64,000 nucleotides of DNA from Phyllobates terribilis (Eukaryota). Where the stretch lies: the NCBI RefSeq assembly GCF_046119375.1, contig NW_027362762.1, forward strand, positions 41,478,001 through 41,542,000. Reading direction: 5' to 3'. Below are positions 37,395 through 52,400 of this stretch, in pieces. Positions within the stretch are counted from its first letter, which is position 1. Each line of letters begins with the position of its first letter. Made by a program: the position numbers and the translations under genes. The notes under the pieces were generated by a model. The model was not told where the DNA came from. It worked only from the letters and a program-made list of their open reading frames with translations, and did not search any database.

Positions 37395-39921
37395 TGTTAC
37401 ACACCCGTCACTGGATTCCCAGGCTCCGTTTCCTTCCCCCTGGGTATGCTGCCCTCTGTTGTGCTCCACGTTCAGTTTTGCAATTTGCCTGGAGTTTATC
37501 AATGACATCATCTCCCTAGACCTATCTACGGCCCACTTGACAAATAGCTGTGTCTTGGAATTTTGACTCCAGTGTTCCTTGTTTGGCATACTGAATTATC
37601 TGTGCTACTGTGTTACATCTCACATCCATTCCTGTTGGGTTCCCCCCTCCATCTGTCCGTCTGCTTCTAGGTTTCCAGTTAGTCCTCGTCCCCACAATTC
37701 CACATGTCCTCTGGAAGCTGCACTGACCTCTGGGGTCCATGTGCCCACCCAGACCAGAGCCTTAGCGGATACACCTCATCTGGTGAGCCTCTACAGAATC
37801 TCAAGAACATGGATCCCAAAGGTGCAGCAGCCACAACACCATTGCATTGGGATACGGACAATGTATCTGGACTGGTAATGCAACTTTCTGTAAGTCAGCA
37901 GGAGGTTGTCCAGGGTGTGCGGGATCTCACAGCTCGTGTAGACCCATTGACCCAGATTTCTGCAGTTTCTCCACCAGCTCGCCAACATCTGCCACAGCCT
38001 AATACTCACCTTCACAGCCTCTGAGACATCTCTACGTTTGGCCACTCCTGCACATTTTAGTGGCGATCTTAAGGCCTGCAGAGGTTTTGTGAACCAATGC
38101 ACTGTACACATTGAGTTGTGTCCTCACCAGTTTTTTTCCTGACCATTCCATAGTGGCATATATTTTTTTTCTTTGCTGTCGGCTGTGCCATTGTGAGAAC
38201 GGGTTGACCCTATGATGTATCCTCTACCATCATTCCTGGCTGCTTTCCGTAAAGCGGTTGGAGGAACTGGGTCGTTCCATACTGCGGATCAGACAAGGGA
38301 CTCGCTCTGTGGGACATTATGCCATTCAGTTCTGCAACCTGTCTCCTGTACTGACCTGGAACAATGACGCTCTCCTGGCTGTTTTTCTATGCCGGCTTAT
38401 CCAGTTGGATTAAAGATGATCCCGCTGATCAGAGCTTTACCGTCCTCCCTTGTTGACTTGATTTCCCTTTCCAACCGAGTGGACTCACGTTTTAAAGAAC
38501 GGTCTAAGGAAAAAAAAACCTCTGGATTCCCGTGTCTTCAAATTATCCTCCCAGAATAGCTGAACTGGAACAAATGGAGATCAGCCAGAATAGATCATCT
38601 CCAACCGTAAGATCCCGTCGCCTTACTGGCGGACTTTGCTTGCATTGGGGATCATTTTCACACAAATTCGTCCTACCTGAAGGCCGGAAGGGGAAACTGC
38701 CCTTAGGCGTGGAGGGTGGTATTGCCCTAGGATCCTCCACTAAAGATAAATCATTCCTGCCTATTTCCGTTTCCTACAGGTTCCTCTCTGTTCACGGGAT
38801 GAGTGCTTATTGATTCCGAAGCAGCAGAGAATTTTAAGGACTTATCTTTGGCCAAAAGGCTGAAAAGTCCTTTAGCTTCTTTGCAGACATGCCTGAAGCT
38901 AACCTCCGTGAATGGGGCAACAATTCCTGGTGGTCGTATCCAATTCGGAACAGTGAACCTCCAGATTGGTGCACTACATGTAGAAGATATTTCTTTTTAA
39001 GTTTTGCTACTTTCTGATGCAACGGTGCTTTTGGGACTTCTGTGTCTACACGCTCCGGTCATAGACAGGTCGTCCGACCAGATCGTTCAATGGTGATAAT
39101 CTTGTTATAACTACTTCAAAGTTCCGCCAGCCACAACCACCTTCTCGGAAGCTCTGCTCTGCATCTTCTGCCTGTATAATGTTTCTGCCTCCTAGCAGGA
39201 CTCCGCAGATGTCTTCTCCAAGCATGAGGTCGAAAAGAACCGCAGGGTAGACAGAACTCAACCTGAATATAGCCTTGCTTCTACCTCCTCATTTCACAAC
39301 TCTCCATCTGCAGATCTTCTGGCCCTCAACAGGTCCTCTTCTACAGTCAAAACAGTTCCTGCTTGTAATACGATTAAGGAATATGAAATTAAACAAGTTC
39401 TGGACTGTGAAATAATTTGTGGTCCTGAGGAGAGATGCTAGGTGCCTAAAAAGGACATATATGCTCCAATCCTGCTTAAGAGATTGCATACTAAGCATCC
39501 TCAGCTGGCTATCACTGACCCATCTGGGAGGGGATATGGTTGCACACGTCTCGGGTATCCCTGACTCCGCTCCCTTCTCCCGGGTCTGCTGCCCTCTATT
39601 GTGCTCCAGGCCGGGTTTTGCAAGTTGCCCGGAGTGGATCAATGATATCATCTCCCGAGACCTATTTAAGGCCCATTTAGACACACACCTGTGTCTTGGG
39701 ATTTAGACTCTAGTCCTGGCGTGTTCCACCATCTTTGCTTTTTGTTTTTGCATTCATCGCTGCTGGGTTACACTTCATCAATCCTGGTGCTCTTGAGATT
39801 CCTGTATATGCCAGATCCTTGCAGCTCACGTGCCTTCCTGTTTGTTGCATTAACGCCCGGGGTCCTTGTGCCCACCCGGACCTACGCCTTAGAGGATCCT
39901 CCTCACCTGGTGAGCCTGACA
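37395..39921 (+). mobile_element. Internally deleted Gypsy chromovirus (sushi-like) with two diverged LTRs
   Basis: LTRs at about 37395-37795 and 39537-39921. TSD GTCTT/GTCTA. gag remnant MDPKG…HFSGDLKACRGFVNQC, protease remnant IDSEAAENF, chromodomain remnant EYEIKQVLD…GPEER.*VP, and a polypurine tract before the 3' LTR. No recognisable RT/IN core. Confidence 0.85.
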
Positions 39922-42900
39922 GTCTAGTTCAGTGGTGGTCGTACTTGCACACTTTGTACTTTTGGGCCTCCAGAGAGGCTGCGGCTCTGGAATATGACAG
40001 CACTGGAGGATAAAGGCTCTTGGTCGCTTCACGCCCGATTCTTCTCGTATCTTTGGTGGTTTTTCTGCTGCTTTTACTATTTTTTTTTACAACCTTGATG
40101 ATTATTAGCAACAAAACTTTTGCTGGTTCTTTGATCGTCCCAATATCTGAGCAAATTCGGGAGCTGCGTCCTCTGTAGACTGGGAACAATTGGGTGGTGA
40201 CGCCGATGACAACACACGATCGGTGGGTATCTGTAGGCGTGACGTCACTGGTCCCGGAGTAACCCTTTAAGGAGTAGGATCCACTTTGTTAAAAGAATGG
40301 CCTATAATCTGCTGGAAATGTTTTCCCTTACATTTTGGAACAGGACTGTCTGGATGCTTAACGAGATTGTTAGCGCCTTTTCCTGTTAATTTTAGAGGGT
40401 GCTGAAAGGAGTGGAGGACACCAGACCATTATTCCTCCTCCACCATACTCTACAGTGCAAAGTCATGGCGCCGTGTCTCCCATCTTCCCCATACACCACT
40501 GCTCCATGATCCAGTGCTGGGAGCTTTTACGCTGTCCAGCAGCCACTTGGCATTGAGTATGATGATCTTGGGCTTCTTTTTCGCAGCTCTGGTCTATGGC
40601 AGTGTGAATAAACCCTTACTGGTAACCAGAAACCTGATGGACTGGGAGGTGCTGCCCTACGTTAGGGTCATAACCACTAAGCCGCCATGACCCGGGCCAA
40701 TGCTCGGACTATGGGGAGCACAGGGCTGGGTGCTCAACCCAGGGGGCACATACTTTTGGCTATGAATTGTACCTTGTAAGAGAAGCTCCAGTGCACCGGT
40801 TATATTGGTCTTACCCATGTCTCATGGGGGGCACTGGATGGTTAGGGACTGATAGGCCACATAATGAAATATTTAATTTTTTTGTTTTTTTTAGAACATG
40901 CAGCTCTGACTGTGACTAGAGTATAAATCACGAATAAAGTAAATTATTTCCACAATGATCTAGTATTATTTAATGTAAAGCACTTCTGCTTCATATTTTA
41001 TTAGATCTTGACTTTAAAGGGGTTCTCTACTTTTGGACAATCCCCAGTTGTTAGAAAGGTCCCATGCCAATAAGCTGATCACAAAGTTTTCTCCTGCTGG
41101 GATCTACAGTGATCAGCTGGGAAACCCAAGTGTTTGATGTCCCTGCACTGCCCCCACAGGAGAAATGAAGTATTGCCTTCAAAGCCAACAGCATTCATTC
41201 ATATCAATGGGTTGTGTATGTAAGGCAGGATAAGAAGAGTCCTCCAGAGCGAGAGACTCTTTCTAAACGATCTCTATTCTGGCCAAGAGATAAGGATCGC
41301 CTCTAATATCTCAGGATCACTGAATTCTGGTGGTCTTCACATGCTCCAATCACTCTCCCCACAGCCGGACCTGTGTACGGTGACCCTCTGCTCCCTGCCG
41401 GGCGCCGATACATATAGCTTTCGGACTTGTCAGGGAAGGCGCAGAGTCTGTGCAATACATGTTGTGTAGCTGACTGTTCCTTCTACAGGGCAAGTAAGAA
41501 GGGAGTGAATTGTCAGCTGCCAGAGGGGGAAGGAGACTGATTCTGTGCAGATTAGCAGCTTTACTAATGGAAGCAGAATATTATGAAAAATGTATTTTCA
41601 TAATTACTTAACCTTTTAGTAGATACATAGAGACCTTGGCTTAAATCCCCATCAGCAGCTCCAGACGCCCGTTCTTTTGCAATATGTGTAAAATACGGAC
41701 AGATTTTGCTCAGATTTTCATCAGTGATTTTCTCATACGCGCCTCTCCGCTCTCAAAAGACAGAAAAATTGCAAAGCTCTTGCCCATTTTGGTTAGAAGA
41801 GGGCTCTCCATGTGCATTTTGTGATTTTTACAGACCCATAGACTTGGGTGATTTTGATCCATGACTCGGATTGGACGTCTCCGTGATTTTTTTTTTTTGT
41901 GGATACTCGATCTGTAAAAAAAAACAACCCAGAGATGTCTGAACAGACCCCTAGACTATCTGGATATCTGAATGAGACTTTAAAGATTATCTCAGTAGTG
42001 CAGCCTCAAGCTTTGGGCCTACCATTTCAATTTATCCACTCCATTTATAGACGGGCCAATGGCGGTGCTAACTTTAAAAAAAAGCAAAACAATAAAAACA
42101 CAAACTCTCCTACTGCTGAACCCTCTGTAGTTTTGCTTGAGCTTACTGCCTGCTTCCTGGCATCTTCTTCAGGCTCGGAAGTGGTCAGGTGGCCACTGCA
42201 GTCGATCAGCAGCTACTGATTGTCTGCAGTGGTCATTTTCTAAAAGTAGTGGACTACTACTTGGCGATCGGTGGGTATCTGATAGCTGGGATCAGTAGAA
42301 TGGGGAACTTTTGGATGGCTTGGATGCCAGGCTGTTTTTTCTCTATGGGGCTGCTGAACAAGGCCGAGCCCCACAGGAAATGAAAGGAGCGCAGGTCGCA
42401 CTGTCACTCCAGGTCGCACTGTCACTCCATTCTAACGGGAACAAAGGTGCCCAGTTCTGCCCATCGGTGCGGGGTCTCAGAGGCAGGACCACCCCCCCCC
42501 CCCCCCGATCAACCGGACAGCGCTTAACATACAAAAACCCCACACATTTACTAGGGTGGGAAAGTAAATGTCACAGCGATACAGCGAGTACAGAACGTAC
42601 CGTCCTGCGTATCCTACATTTAATGATAAATAAGGCAAAGTGCGCGACATAATATGTACAAAGGGAAAGAAATAGAGGACGCGGGCGGTTTTCATCTCTA
42701 TGGCCGTATCTCCATTGTCGTCACACTACGGGGTACGCCGTGCACTGGGACCAGACTCTTGGTTTGTTCCTGAAAGTCACCGCCTTGAAAGAAAAGTTTG
42801 GAAATGCAAATATTAAACCAAGTTAACCCAAAAAAACTAATATAAGTGTCTGCCCCGTGCCGCTCCAACGAGGACGCCATCCTGGAGAAGTACCACTCCT

Positions 42901-43455
42901 GCGCCAAGGTTTTAAGTCAGAGTCTTTGTAAGTAAAGGAGGTCTCCAGAATAATAATAAAAAAAAAAAAAAACACGGCTGCTTTCTTCTAAACCCCCCCC
43001 CCCCAAAAAATAGCGCCACTCCTGGCCACAGGTCCTTAAATCTCAACCTGCGAGATAAGTAGGAAAATGCATGGGAGAAACCCAGAAATATGGAATGGAT
43101 GAAAGTTCTGCAACTTTCTAGGACACCCCGGGCCGGAATCATCAGTTTGTCGCCAGAATTCATTGTGTAAATCTGATTGAAGTGTTGCAAAACTGTTGTG
43201 ATTTTTGGCAATTTTTCTGTAAAACTGAAATGTTGCAAAACTGTTGTGATTTTTGCCAATTTTATACCATTTTTGAAAAAGTGGAGGGAACGAATTCATG
43301 AGCATGCAATGGTCCAATGGATCATCAAAAAATCGGTTGAATGCCTGGGGGGAGAGTGGGGGAGATCAGGTCAAGGTTAGTAGTCAGGGTTTGGATTCTA
43401 GACACCTCCAGAATCTGGCATCATAAGCTCTCCATGGATGCAACTCCTACCGGCA

Positions 43456-46400
43456 TCAGGATGGGGAGTCAGAGTTCTTCGGGTGGGCCAAAAGCTCGAA
43501 CCTCTGCACTCTGTGCCGATTGTGGAGGGCCTGATGGGCTTCCAGGACTGACCTGATCGAAAAACACTTTCCGCAATCGGAGCAAGCGAATGATCCCTTG
43601 CCCGTGTGGACGCTCTGATGGGTGATGAGGTGGCACATCTGGGTGAACCGTCTCCCGCACTCGGAGCAAGAAAAGGGCTTCTCTCCCGTGTGAGTCCTCC
43701 GGTGAATAATGAGACCCGTCTTGTCCGACAGACACTTTCCGCAGTCAGGACAGGCGAAGGCGCCGGTGTGGATCCTCTGATGCTTCACCAGGCTCGACTT
43801 CTTCATGAACGACTTCCCGCATTCCACGCAGGAGAACGGCCTTTCCTCCTTTGGGGCTTGTCTGGGCTGCGGTTCCCCCACCTTGGGTTCGTGGATGTGA
43901 AAGGTCCACTCGTGGACCACCAGGGCAGATTTATCCATGAAGGTCTGCTGACACAACGCGCAGTGGTACATTTTCTCGTGCGTCCTCTGGTGAGAGATCA
44001 GGTCGATCTCGCTGCGGAAGCTTCGCCCACACTGGGGACATTTATGCGGCGTGAGGACCTCCAGGACCGGAGCTATATTTATGGCCCCACCCCTGTATGT
44101 CATTAGATTACTGGAGGAGGCATCTAAGTGGGGGGTTTTCCGAAATAGATTTGTTTTGCTCCTCAGGGGCGGAGCTTCATTCAGAGGAGTGTTGGGTTTT
44201 ACCATTCCCACTTTGGGGGAGCAGTCACGGGAAGTATTCGGGAGAACTCCATTTTTATGGTGGATAGGAATTAACAGGTGGGGGGTTTCCGGCTGCACTT
44301 TCCAGCTTTTTGGTAGACCTGTAATACAGTCATAGGGGAGAAGGTGAATAAGCTAAGATGTGGAGCCCCGCCCACACTGTAGCCCCGCCCACGAGGAGCA
44401 CGTCAGGTGCTCTAAATCAGTACTTTGGAAGTACACCACCATCAAAGAGGGGTCTCCGTACTCACCTGAGCGGATCTTGGGGGGATCTGGTTCCTCCTTA
44501 CACCAGTCGGGCAGTGCAATGTCTCCAGCTTCAGCCTGTAATACAACGAGATGTGTCACAGGTCATACAGATATGCGTCCACATCGACTCTACAGATCTG
44601 ATGCTTTAATATGACAGGTGGAAATGTGAAAGTGTCGCGGCTTCTAAAAGTAAAAAAATGCTTTATTCCTGGGGGCGGGGGGGTCAAAATGTGCAGAGAG
44701 GAAGGGGTTAAAGGGCCTCAATACCTGATATTCCTCTAGGATCATCCTGGTATCATCCTCTATAGAGATAGGGCTCCCACTTATTTCGGGGGAGCTCATC
44801 GACCCATGGTCACCTACGGGAAAGGGACACACATGTTGGTAGCAATTGCATCACCCATGGAGTGTTGAATTGGCAAGTATCTTGGATTATTGGTTGGTCA
44901 TTCCTTTAATCCGGCACCGAATATTCTGGATTACTTGCGCAGCCTTTGGCTCATCCCCATCAGTCCCACAACAGCACGAACAAAACTCCCCACGTTCTGG
45001 CGATCGGAGGTGACCTCGGGGGTGGGACCCCCACCAATCTGCAGATGATTGCGTCTCACCTGAGCTGATCTGTACCGGGACGTCCTCCTCTTTGCACCGG
45101 GGCGGTGAGATCTCTTTTACCGGATTAGCCTGTCACAAAAAAAAAAAAAAAAACAGGGACAGGTTTAAAATATGTCAGCACGAGAGAATGGCCAATCAGG
45201 GACCCTGAGAGAAGTCACATGGTAGCATTGCTCCGCCTCCTGGACTCTATGAGCTGCTAAGGAGTCAACGGGGCAGGGAAACGCAGTCCCATAAGACTTG
45301 TCGGACAGAGCTAGGGGTGATGGTGAGAGGGTGGACAGTTCCTTGCACCTGATATTTCTGAGTCACCATCCTGATATCTTCCTCCACATCTTTCTCGATA
45401 ACAAGGGGGCTCTTGCTACTTTCGGGGGGTTTTGTCGGGATGTGTCCGCCTGTGGGGAATAGACACACATGAGCCTATGTGGTGCAGGGATGCAGTTTTC
45501 ATAACGGCCACTAGAGGGCACACAATAGGGGTGACGCCCCCCAGTGCTGTATGTGTCACTTTACAGCACTGCTGTGCAGACTGAATGACACAATGACACG
45601 TGTGAAATAATTATTGGAAGATCCCATGCAGACTCATGCGGTTGCATGGTTACGCCATTTTTTTGCTACCCGATGAGAGTAACGCAGGATCCAACCACAC
45701 TGATATGTAGTCTGTAACCATGGAGACACATGGCTCTGCATAGGAGCTGTATACACAAAGAAAATAACTGTTAATGTCACTGACCTGTGAGAGCAGCGTC
45801 AGCAGCGGCGGCGGCTGCATCCAGCTGGAGGGTGTTCAGCTCCCGGCCATCATCTGCCGCCGTCTCGGCAGCACGGACCTCGTCACAGTCTGGGGGAAAG
45901 GATAGGAGTGTGCAAGACGGTATTTAAAGGGGAATGCACGGTATTTAAAGTGGAATGCAATTGATGATTAAATACCAGCAGATCCCGGAGGCGGACTATT
46001 CCCAGGCACCACATTTTTGTAACGTTCCTTATGTCCTTCCAGATATTTCCACTCCTCCATGGAGAAGAAGACGGCGACGTCCTCGCACCGCACAGGAATC
46101 TGAGAATCAGAAGAAAAACCCGATAAAGTCACCGGAATCATCATCTCCTGTCACGTCGGTAGCCGCAGAAGAGACAATGTGCCCACCTCCTCGTCTGAAC
46201 TGTGCGGGGTCTCGCCAGGTTCTGGGGTCTCGCCAGGTTCTGGGGACTCCTCGTGTGCTGGGGACGGACATGGACGTTCCTCGCTTGAACTTCGATCCTT
46301 GGGGGATCCCTCTGATAAACATAACTGGCAGTCGTCTGTGGATTCGTCATTCTGCCTCTTCCTCAGGACAAAATCCTGTAAGAGAAAGAACTGGTGTCAG

Positions 46401-49400
46401 ATGCTGGCGAAGCGTCAGATCCAAACCACCATCCAGATCAATATCTACATCCTGCCGCCACTGATCCTCAATATCTACATCCGGCCGCCACTGATCCTCA
46501 ATATCTACATCCGGCCGCCACTGATCCTCAATATCTACATCCGGCCGCCACTGATCCTCAATATCTACATCCGGCCGCCACTGATCCTCAATATCTACAT
46601 CCGGCCGCCACTGATCCTCAATATCTACATCCGGCCGCCACTGATCCTTAATACCTACATCCGGCCGCAACTGATCCTCAATATCTACATCCGGCCGCCA
46701 CTGATACTCAATATCTACATCCTACCGCCACTGATCCTCAATATCTACATCCGGCAGCCACTGATCCTCAATATCTACATCCTGCCGCCACTGATCCTCA
46801 ATATCTACATCCTGCCGCCACTGATCCTCAATATCTACATCCGGCCGCAACTGATCCTCAATATCTACATCCGGCCGCCACTGATACTCAATATCTACAT
46901 CCTACCGCCACTGATCCTCAATATCTATATCCTGCCGTCACTGATCCTCAATATCTACATCCTGCTGCCACTGATCCTCAATATCTACATCGGGCCGCCA
47001 CTGATCCTCAATATCTACATCCTGCCGCAACTGATCCTCAATATCTACATCCTGCCGCAACTTATCCTCAATATCTACATCCGGCCGCCACTGATCCTCA
47101 ATATCTACATCCGGCCGCCACTGATCCTCAATATGTACATCCCGCCGCCAGTGATCCTCAATATCTATATCCTGCCGCCACTGATCCTCAATATCTATAT
47201 TCTGCCGCCACTGATCCTCAATATCTACATCCGGCCGCCACTGATCCTCAATATCTACATCCTGCCGCAACTGATCCTCAATATCTACATCCCGCCGCAA
47301 CTGATCCTCAATATCTACATCCTGCCGCCACTGATCCTCAATATCTATATTCTGCCGCCACTGATCCTCAATATCTATATTCTGCCGCAACTGATCCTTA
47401 ATATCTACATCCGACCGCCACTGATCCTCAATATCTACATCCGGCCGCCACTGATCCTCAATATCTACATCCCGCCGCCAGTGATCCTCAATATCTATAT
47501 CCTGCCGCCACTGATCCTCAATATCTATATTCTGCCGCCACTGATCCTCAATATCTACATCCGGCCGCCACTGATCCTAAATATCTACAACCTGCTGCCA
47601 CTGATCCTCAATATCTACATCCGGCCGCCACTGATCCTCAATATCTACATCAATATGCACATCCCGCCACCACTGATCCTCAATATCTACATCCTGCCAC
47701 CACTGATCCTCAATATCTACATCCGGCCGCCACTGATCCTTAATATCTACATCCTGCTGCCACTGATCCTCAATATCTACATCCTGCCGCCACTGATCCT
47801 CAATATCTACATCCTGCCGCCACTGATCCTCAATATCTACATCCTGCCGCCACTGATCCTCAATATCTACATCCAGGAGCCACTCATCTTCAATATCTAC
47901 ATCCAGGAGCCACTGATCCTCAGTATCTACATCTAGGAGCCACTGATCCTCAATATCTACATCCAGGAGCCACTGATCCTCAATATCTACATCCTGCCGC
48001 CACTGATCCTCAATATCTACATCCTGCCGCCACTGATCCTCAATATCAACATCCTGCCGCCACTGATCCTCAATATCTACATCCTGCCGCCACTGATCCT
48101 CAATATCTACATCCTGCCACCACTGATCCTCAAAATCTACATCCTGCCGCCACTGATCCTCAATATCTACATCAATATCCACATCCCGCCACCACTGATC
48201 CTCAATATCTACATCCGGCAGCCACTGATCCTCAATATCTACATCCTGCCGCCACTGATCCGCAATATCTACATCCTGCTGCCACTGATCCTCAAAATCT
48301 ACATCCTGCCGCCACTCATCCTCAATATCTACATCCTGCCGCCACTGATCCTCAATATCTACATCCTGCCGCCACTGATCCTCAATATCTACATCCTGCC
48401 ACCACTGATCCTCAATATCTACATCCGGCCGCCACTGATCCTCAATATCTACATCCTGCCGCAACTGATCCTCAATATCTACATCCCGCCGCCAGTGATC
48501 CTCAATATCTATATCCGGCCACCACTGATCCTCAATATCTATATTCTGCCGCCACTGATCCTCAATATCTACATCCGGCCGCCACTGATCCTCAATATCT
48601 ACATCCGGCCGCCACTGATCCTCAATATCTACATCCGGCCGCCACTGATCCTCAATATCTACATCCCGCCGCCAGTGATCCTCAATATCTATATTCTGCC
48701 GCCACTGAGCCTCAATATCTACATCCGGCCGCCACTGATCCTCAATATCTACATCCTGCTGCCACTGATCCTCAATATCTACATCCGGCCGCCACTGATC
48801 CTCAATATCTACATCAATATCCACATCCCGCCACCACTGATCCTCAATATCTACATCAATATCTACATCCGGCCGCCACTGATCCTCAATATCTACATCC
48901 TGCCGCCACTGATCCTCAATAGCTACATCGGCCGCCACCGATCCTCAATATCTACATCCAGCAGGCACGGATCCTCAATGTCTACATCCTGCCGCCACTG
49001 ATCCTCAATATCTACATCCGGCCGCCACTGATCCTCAATATCTACATCCAGCCACCACTGATCCTCAATATCTACATCCAGCCGCCACTGATCCTCAATA
49101 TCTACATCCTGCCGCCACTGATCCTCAATATCTACATCCAGCCGCCACTGATCCTCAATATCTACATCCGGCCGCCACTGATCCTCAATATCTACATCCG
49201 GCCGCCACTGATCCTCAATATCTACATCCGGCCGCCACTGATCCTCAATATCTACATCTGGCCGCCACTGATCCTCAATATCTACATCAATATCTACATA
49301 CTTCCACCACTGATCCTCAATATCTACACAAACTGCTCTCCCCCACACACACAGACTGCTCCCCCCACACACACAGACTGCTCCCCCCCACACACAGACT

Positions 49401-52400
49401 GCTCTCCCACACACACACAGACTGCTCCCCCACACACAGACTGCTCTCCCCCACACACAGACTGCTCTCCCCCACACACACAGACTGCTCCCCCCACACA
49501 CAGACTGCCCCCCCACACACAGACTGCTCTCCCACACACACAGACTGCTCCCCCCACACACACAGACTGCTCTCCCCCACACACACAGACTGCTCTCCCC
49601 CACACACAGACTGCTCTCCCACACACACAGACTGCTCTCCCACACACACAGACTGCTCCCCCCACACACAGACTGCCCCCCCACACACACAGACTGCTCC
49701 CCCCACACACACAGACTGCTCTCCCCCACACACACAGACTGCTCCCCCCACACACAGACTGCTCCCCCCACACACACAGACTGCTCCCCCCCACACACAG
49801 ACTGCTCCCCCCCACACACACAAACTGCTCCCCCCACACACAGACTGCTCTCCCCCACACACACAGACTGCTCTCCCCCACACACACAGACTGCTCCCCC
49901 CACACACACAGACTGCTCTCCCCCACACACACAGACTGCTCTCCCCCACACACAGACTGCTCCCCCACCACAGACTGCTCCCCCACCACAGACTGCTTCC
50001 CCCCACACACAGACTGCTCCCCCCCACACACAGACTGCCCCCCACACACACAGACTGCTCTCCCCCACACACAAACTGCTCTCCCCCACACACACAGACT
50101 GCTCCCCCCACACACACAGACTGCTCTCCCCCACACACACAGACTGCTCTCCCCCACACACACAGACTGCTCTCCCCCACACACACAGACTGCTCCCCCC
50201 ACACACACAGACTGCTCTCCCCCACACACACAGACTGCTCTCCCCCACACACACAGACTGCTCCCCCCACACACACAGACTGCTCTCCCCCACACACAGA
50301 CTGCTCCCCCACCACAGACTGCTCCCCCACCACAGACTGCTTCCCCCCACACAGAGACTGCTCCCCCCCACACACAGACTGCCCCCCACACACACAGACT
50401 GCTCTCCCCCACACACAAACTGCTCTCCCCCACACACAGACTGCTCCCCCCACACACACAGACTGCTCCCCCCACACACACAGACTGCTCTCCCCCACAC
50501 ACACAGACTGCTCCCCCCACACACACAGACTGCTCCCCCCACACACACAGACTGCTCCCCCCACACACAGACTGCCCCCCCCCCACACACAGACTGCTCC
50601 CACACACACAGACTGCTCTCCCCCACACACACAGACTGCTCTCCCCCACACACACAGACTGCTCTCCCCCACACACACAGACTGCTCCCATCCACACACA
50701 GACTGCTCCCCCACACACACAGACTGCTCTCCCCCACACACAGACTGCTCTCCCCCACACACACAGACTGCTCTCCCCCACACACACAGACTGCTCTCCC
50801 CACACACACAGACTGCTCTCCCCCACACACACAGACTGCTCCCCCCACACACAGACTGCCCCTCCACACACACACAGACTGCTCCCCCACACACAGACTG
50901 CTCTCCCACACACACACAGACTGCTCTCCCCCACACACACAGACTGCTCCCCCTCACAGACTGCTCTCCCCCACACACAGACTGCCCCCCCACACACACA
51001 GACTGCCCCCCCACACACACAGACTGCCCCCCCACACACAGACTGCTCCCCCCACACACAGACTGCCCCCCCACACACAGAGTGCTCTCCCCCACACACA
51101 GACTGCTCCTCCCACACACAGACTGCTCTCCCCCACACACACAGACTGCTCTCCCCCACACACACAGACTGCTCTCCCCCACACACACAGACTGCTCCCC
51201 CCCACACACAGACTGCTCCCCCCCCACACACAGACTGCTCCCCCTCACAGACTGCTTACCCTCACACAGACTGCTCCCCCCACACACAGACTGCTCCCCC
51301 TCACACACAGACTGCCCCCCCACACACAGACTGCTCTCCCCCACACACAGACTGCTCTCCCCCACACACAGACTGCTCTCCCCCACACACAGACTGCTCT
51401 CCCCCACACACACAGACTGCTCCCCCCCCACACAGACTGCTCTCCCCCACACACACAGACTGCTCCCCCCACACACACAGACTGCTCTCCCATACACACA
51501 GACTGCTCTCCCCCACACACAGACTGCTCCCTCCCCCACACACAGACTGCTCCCCCCCACACACAGACTGCTCCCCCCCACACACAGACTGCTCCCCCTC
51601 ACAGACTGCTCTCCCCCACCCACACAGACTGCTCTCCCCCACCCACACAGACTGCTCTCCCCCACCCACACAGACTGCTCTCCCCCACCCACACAGACTG
51701 CTCTCCCCCACCCACACAGACTGCTCTCCCCCACCCACAGACTGCTCTCCCCCACCCACAGACTGCTCTCCCCCACCCACACAGACTGCTCTCCCCCACC
51801 CACACAGACTGCTCTCCCCCACCCACACAGACTGCTCTCCCCCACCCACACAGATTGCTCTCCCCCACACACAAACTGCTCTCCCCACACACAGACTGCT
51901 CCCCCCCCACACACACTGCTCCCCCACACACACAGACTGCTCTCCCCCACACACAGACTGCTCTCCCCCACACACACAGACTGCTCTCCCCCACCCACAC
52001 AGACTGCTCTCCCCCACCCACACAGACTGCTCTCCCCCACCCACACAGATTGCTGTCCCCCACACACAGACTGCTCTCCCCACACACACAGACTGCTCCC
52101 CCCACACACACAGACTGCTCCCCCCACACACACAGACTGCTCCCCCCACACACACAGACTGCCCCCCCACACACACACAGACTGCTCTCCCCCACACACA
52201 CAGACTGCTCTCCCCCACACACACAGACTGCTCTCCCCCACACACACAGACTGCTCTCCCCCACACACACAGACTGCTCTCCCCCACACACACACAGACT
52301 GCTCTCCCCCACACACACACAGACTGCTCTCCCCCACACACACAGACTGCTCTCCCCCACACACACAGACTGCTCTCCCCACACACACAGACTGCTCTCC

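Noticed and set aside
46179-49001. 585-aa ([10 protein letters not shown])n and 453-aa ([10 protein letters not shown])n ORFs as genes
   Set aside because: A 30-bp unit that lacks stops in some frames gives long ORFs automatically. The array lies in a ZF-B intron with canonical exons on both sides. Kept only as an exonisation hypothesis.
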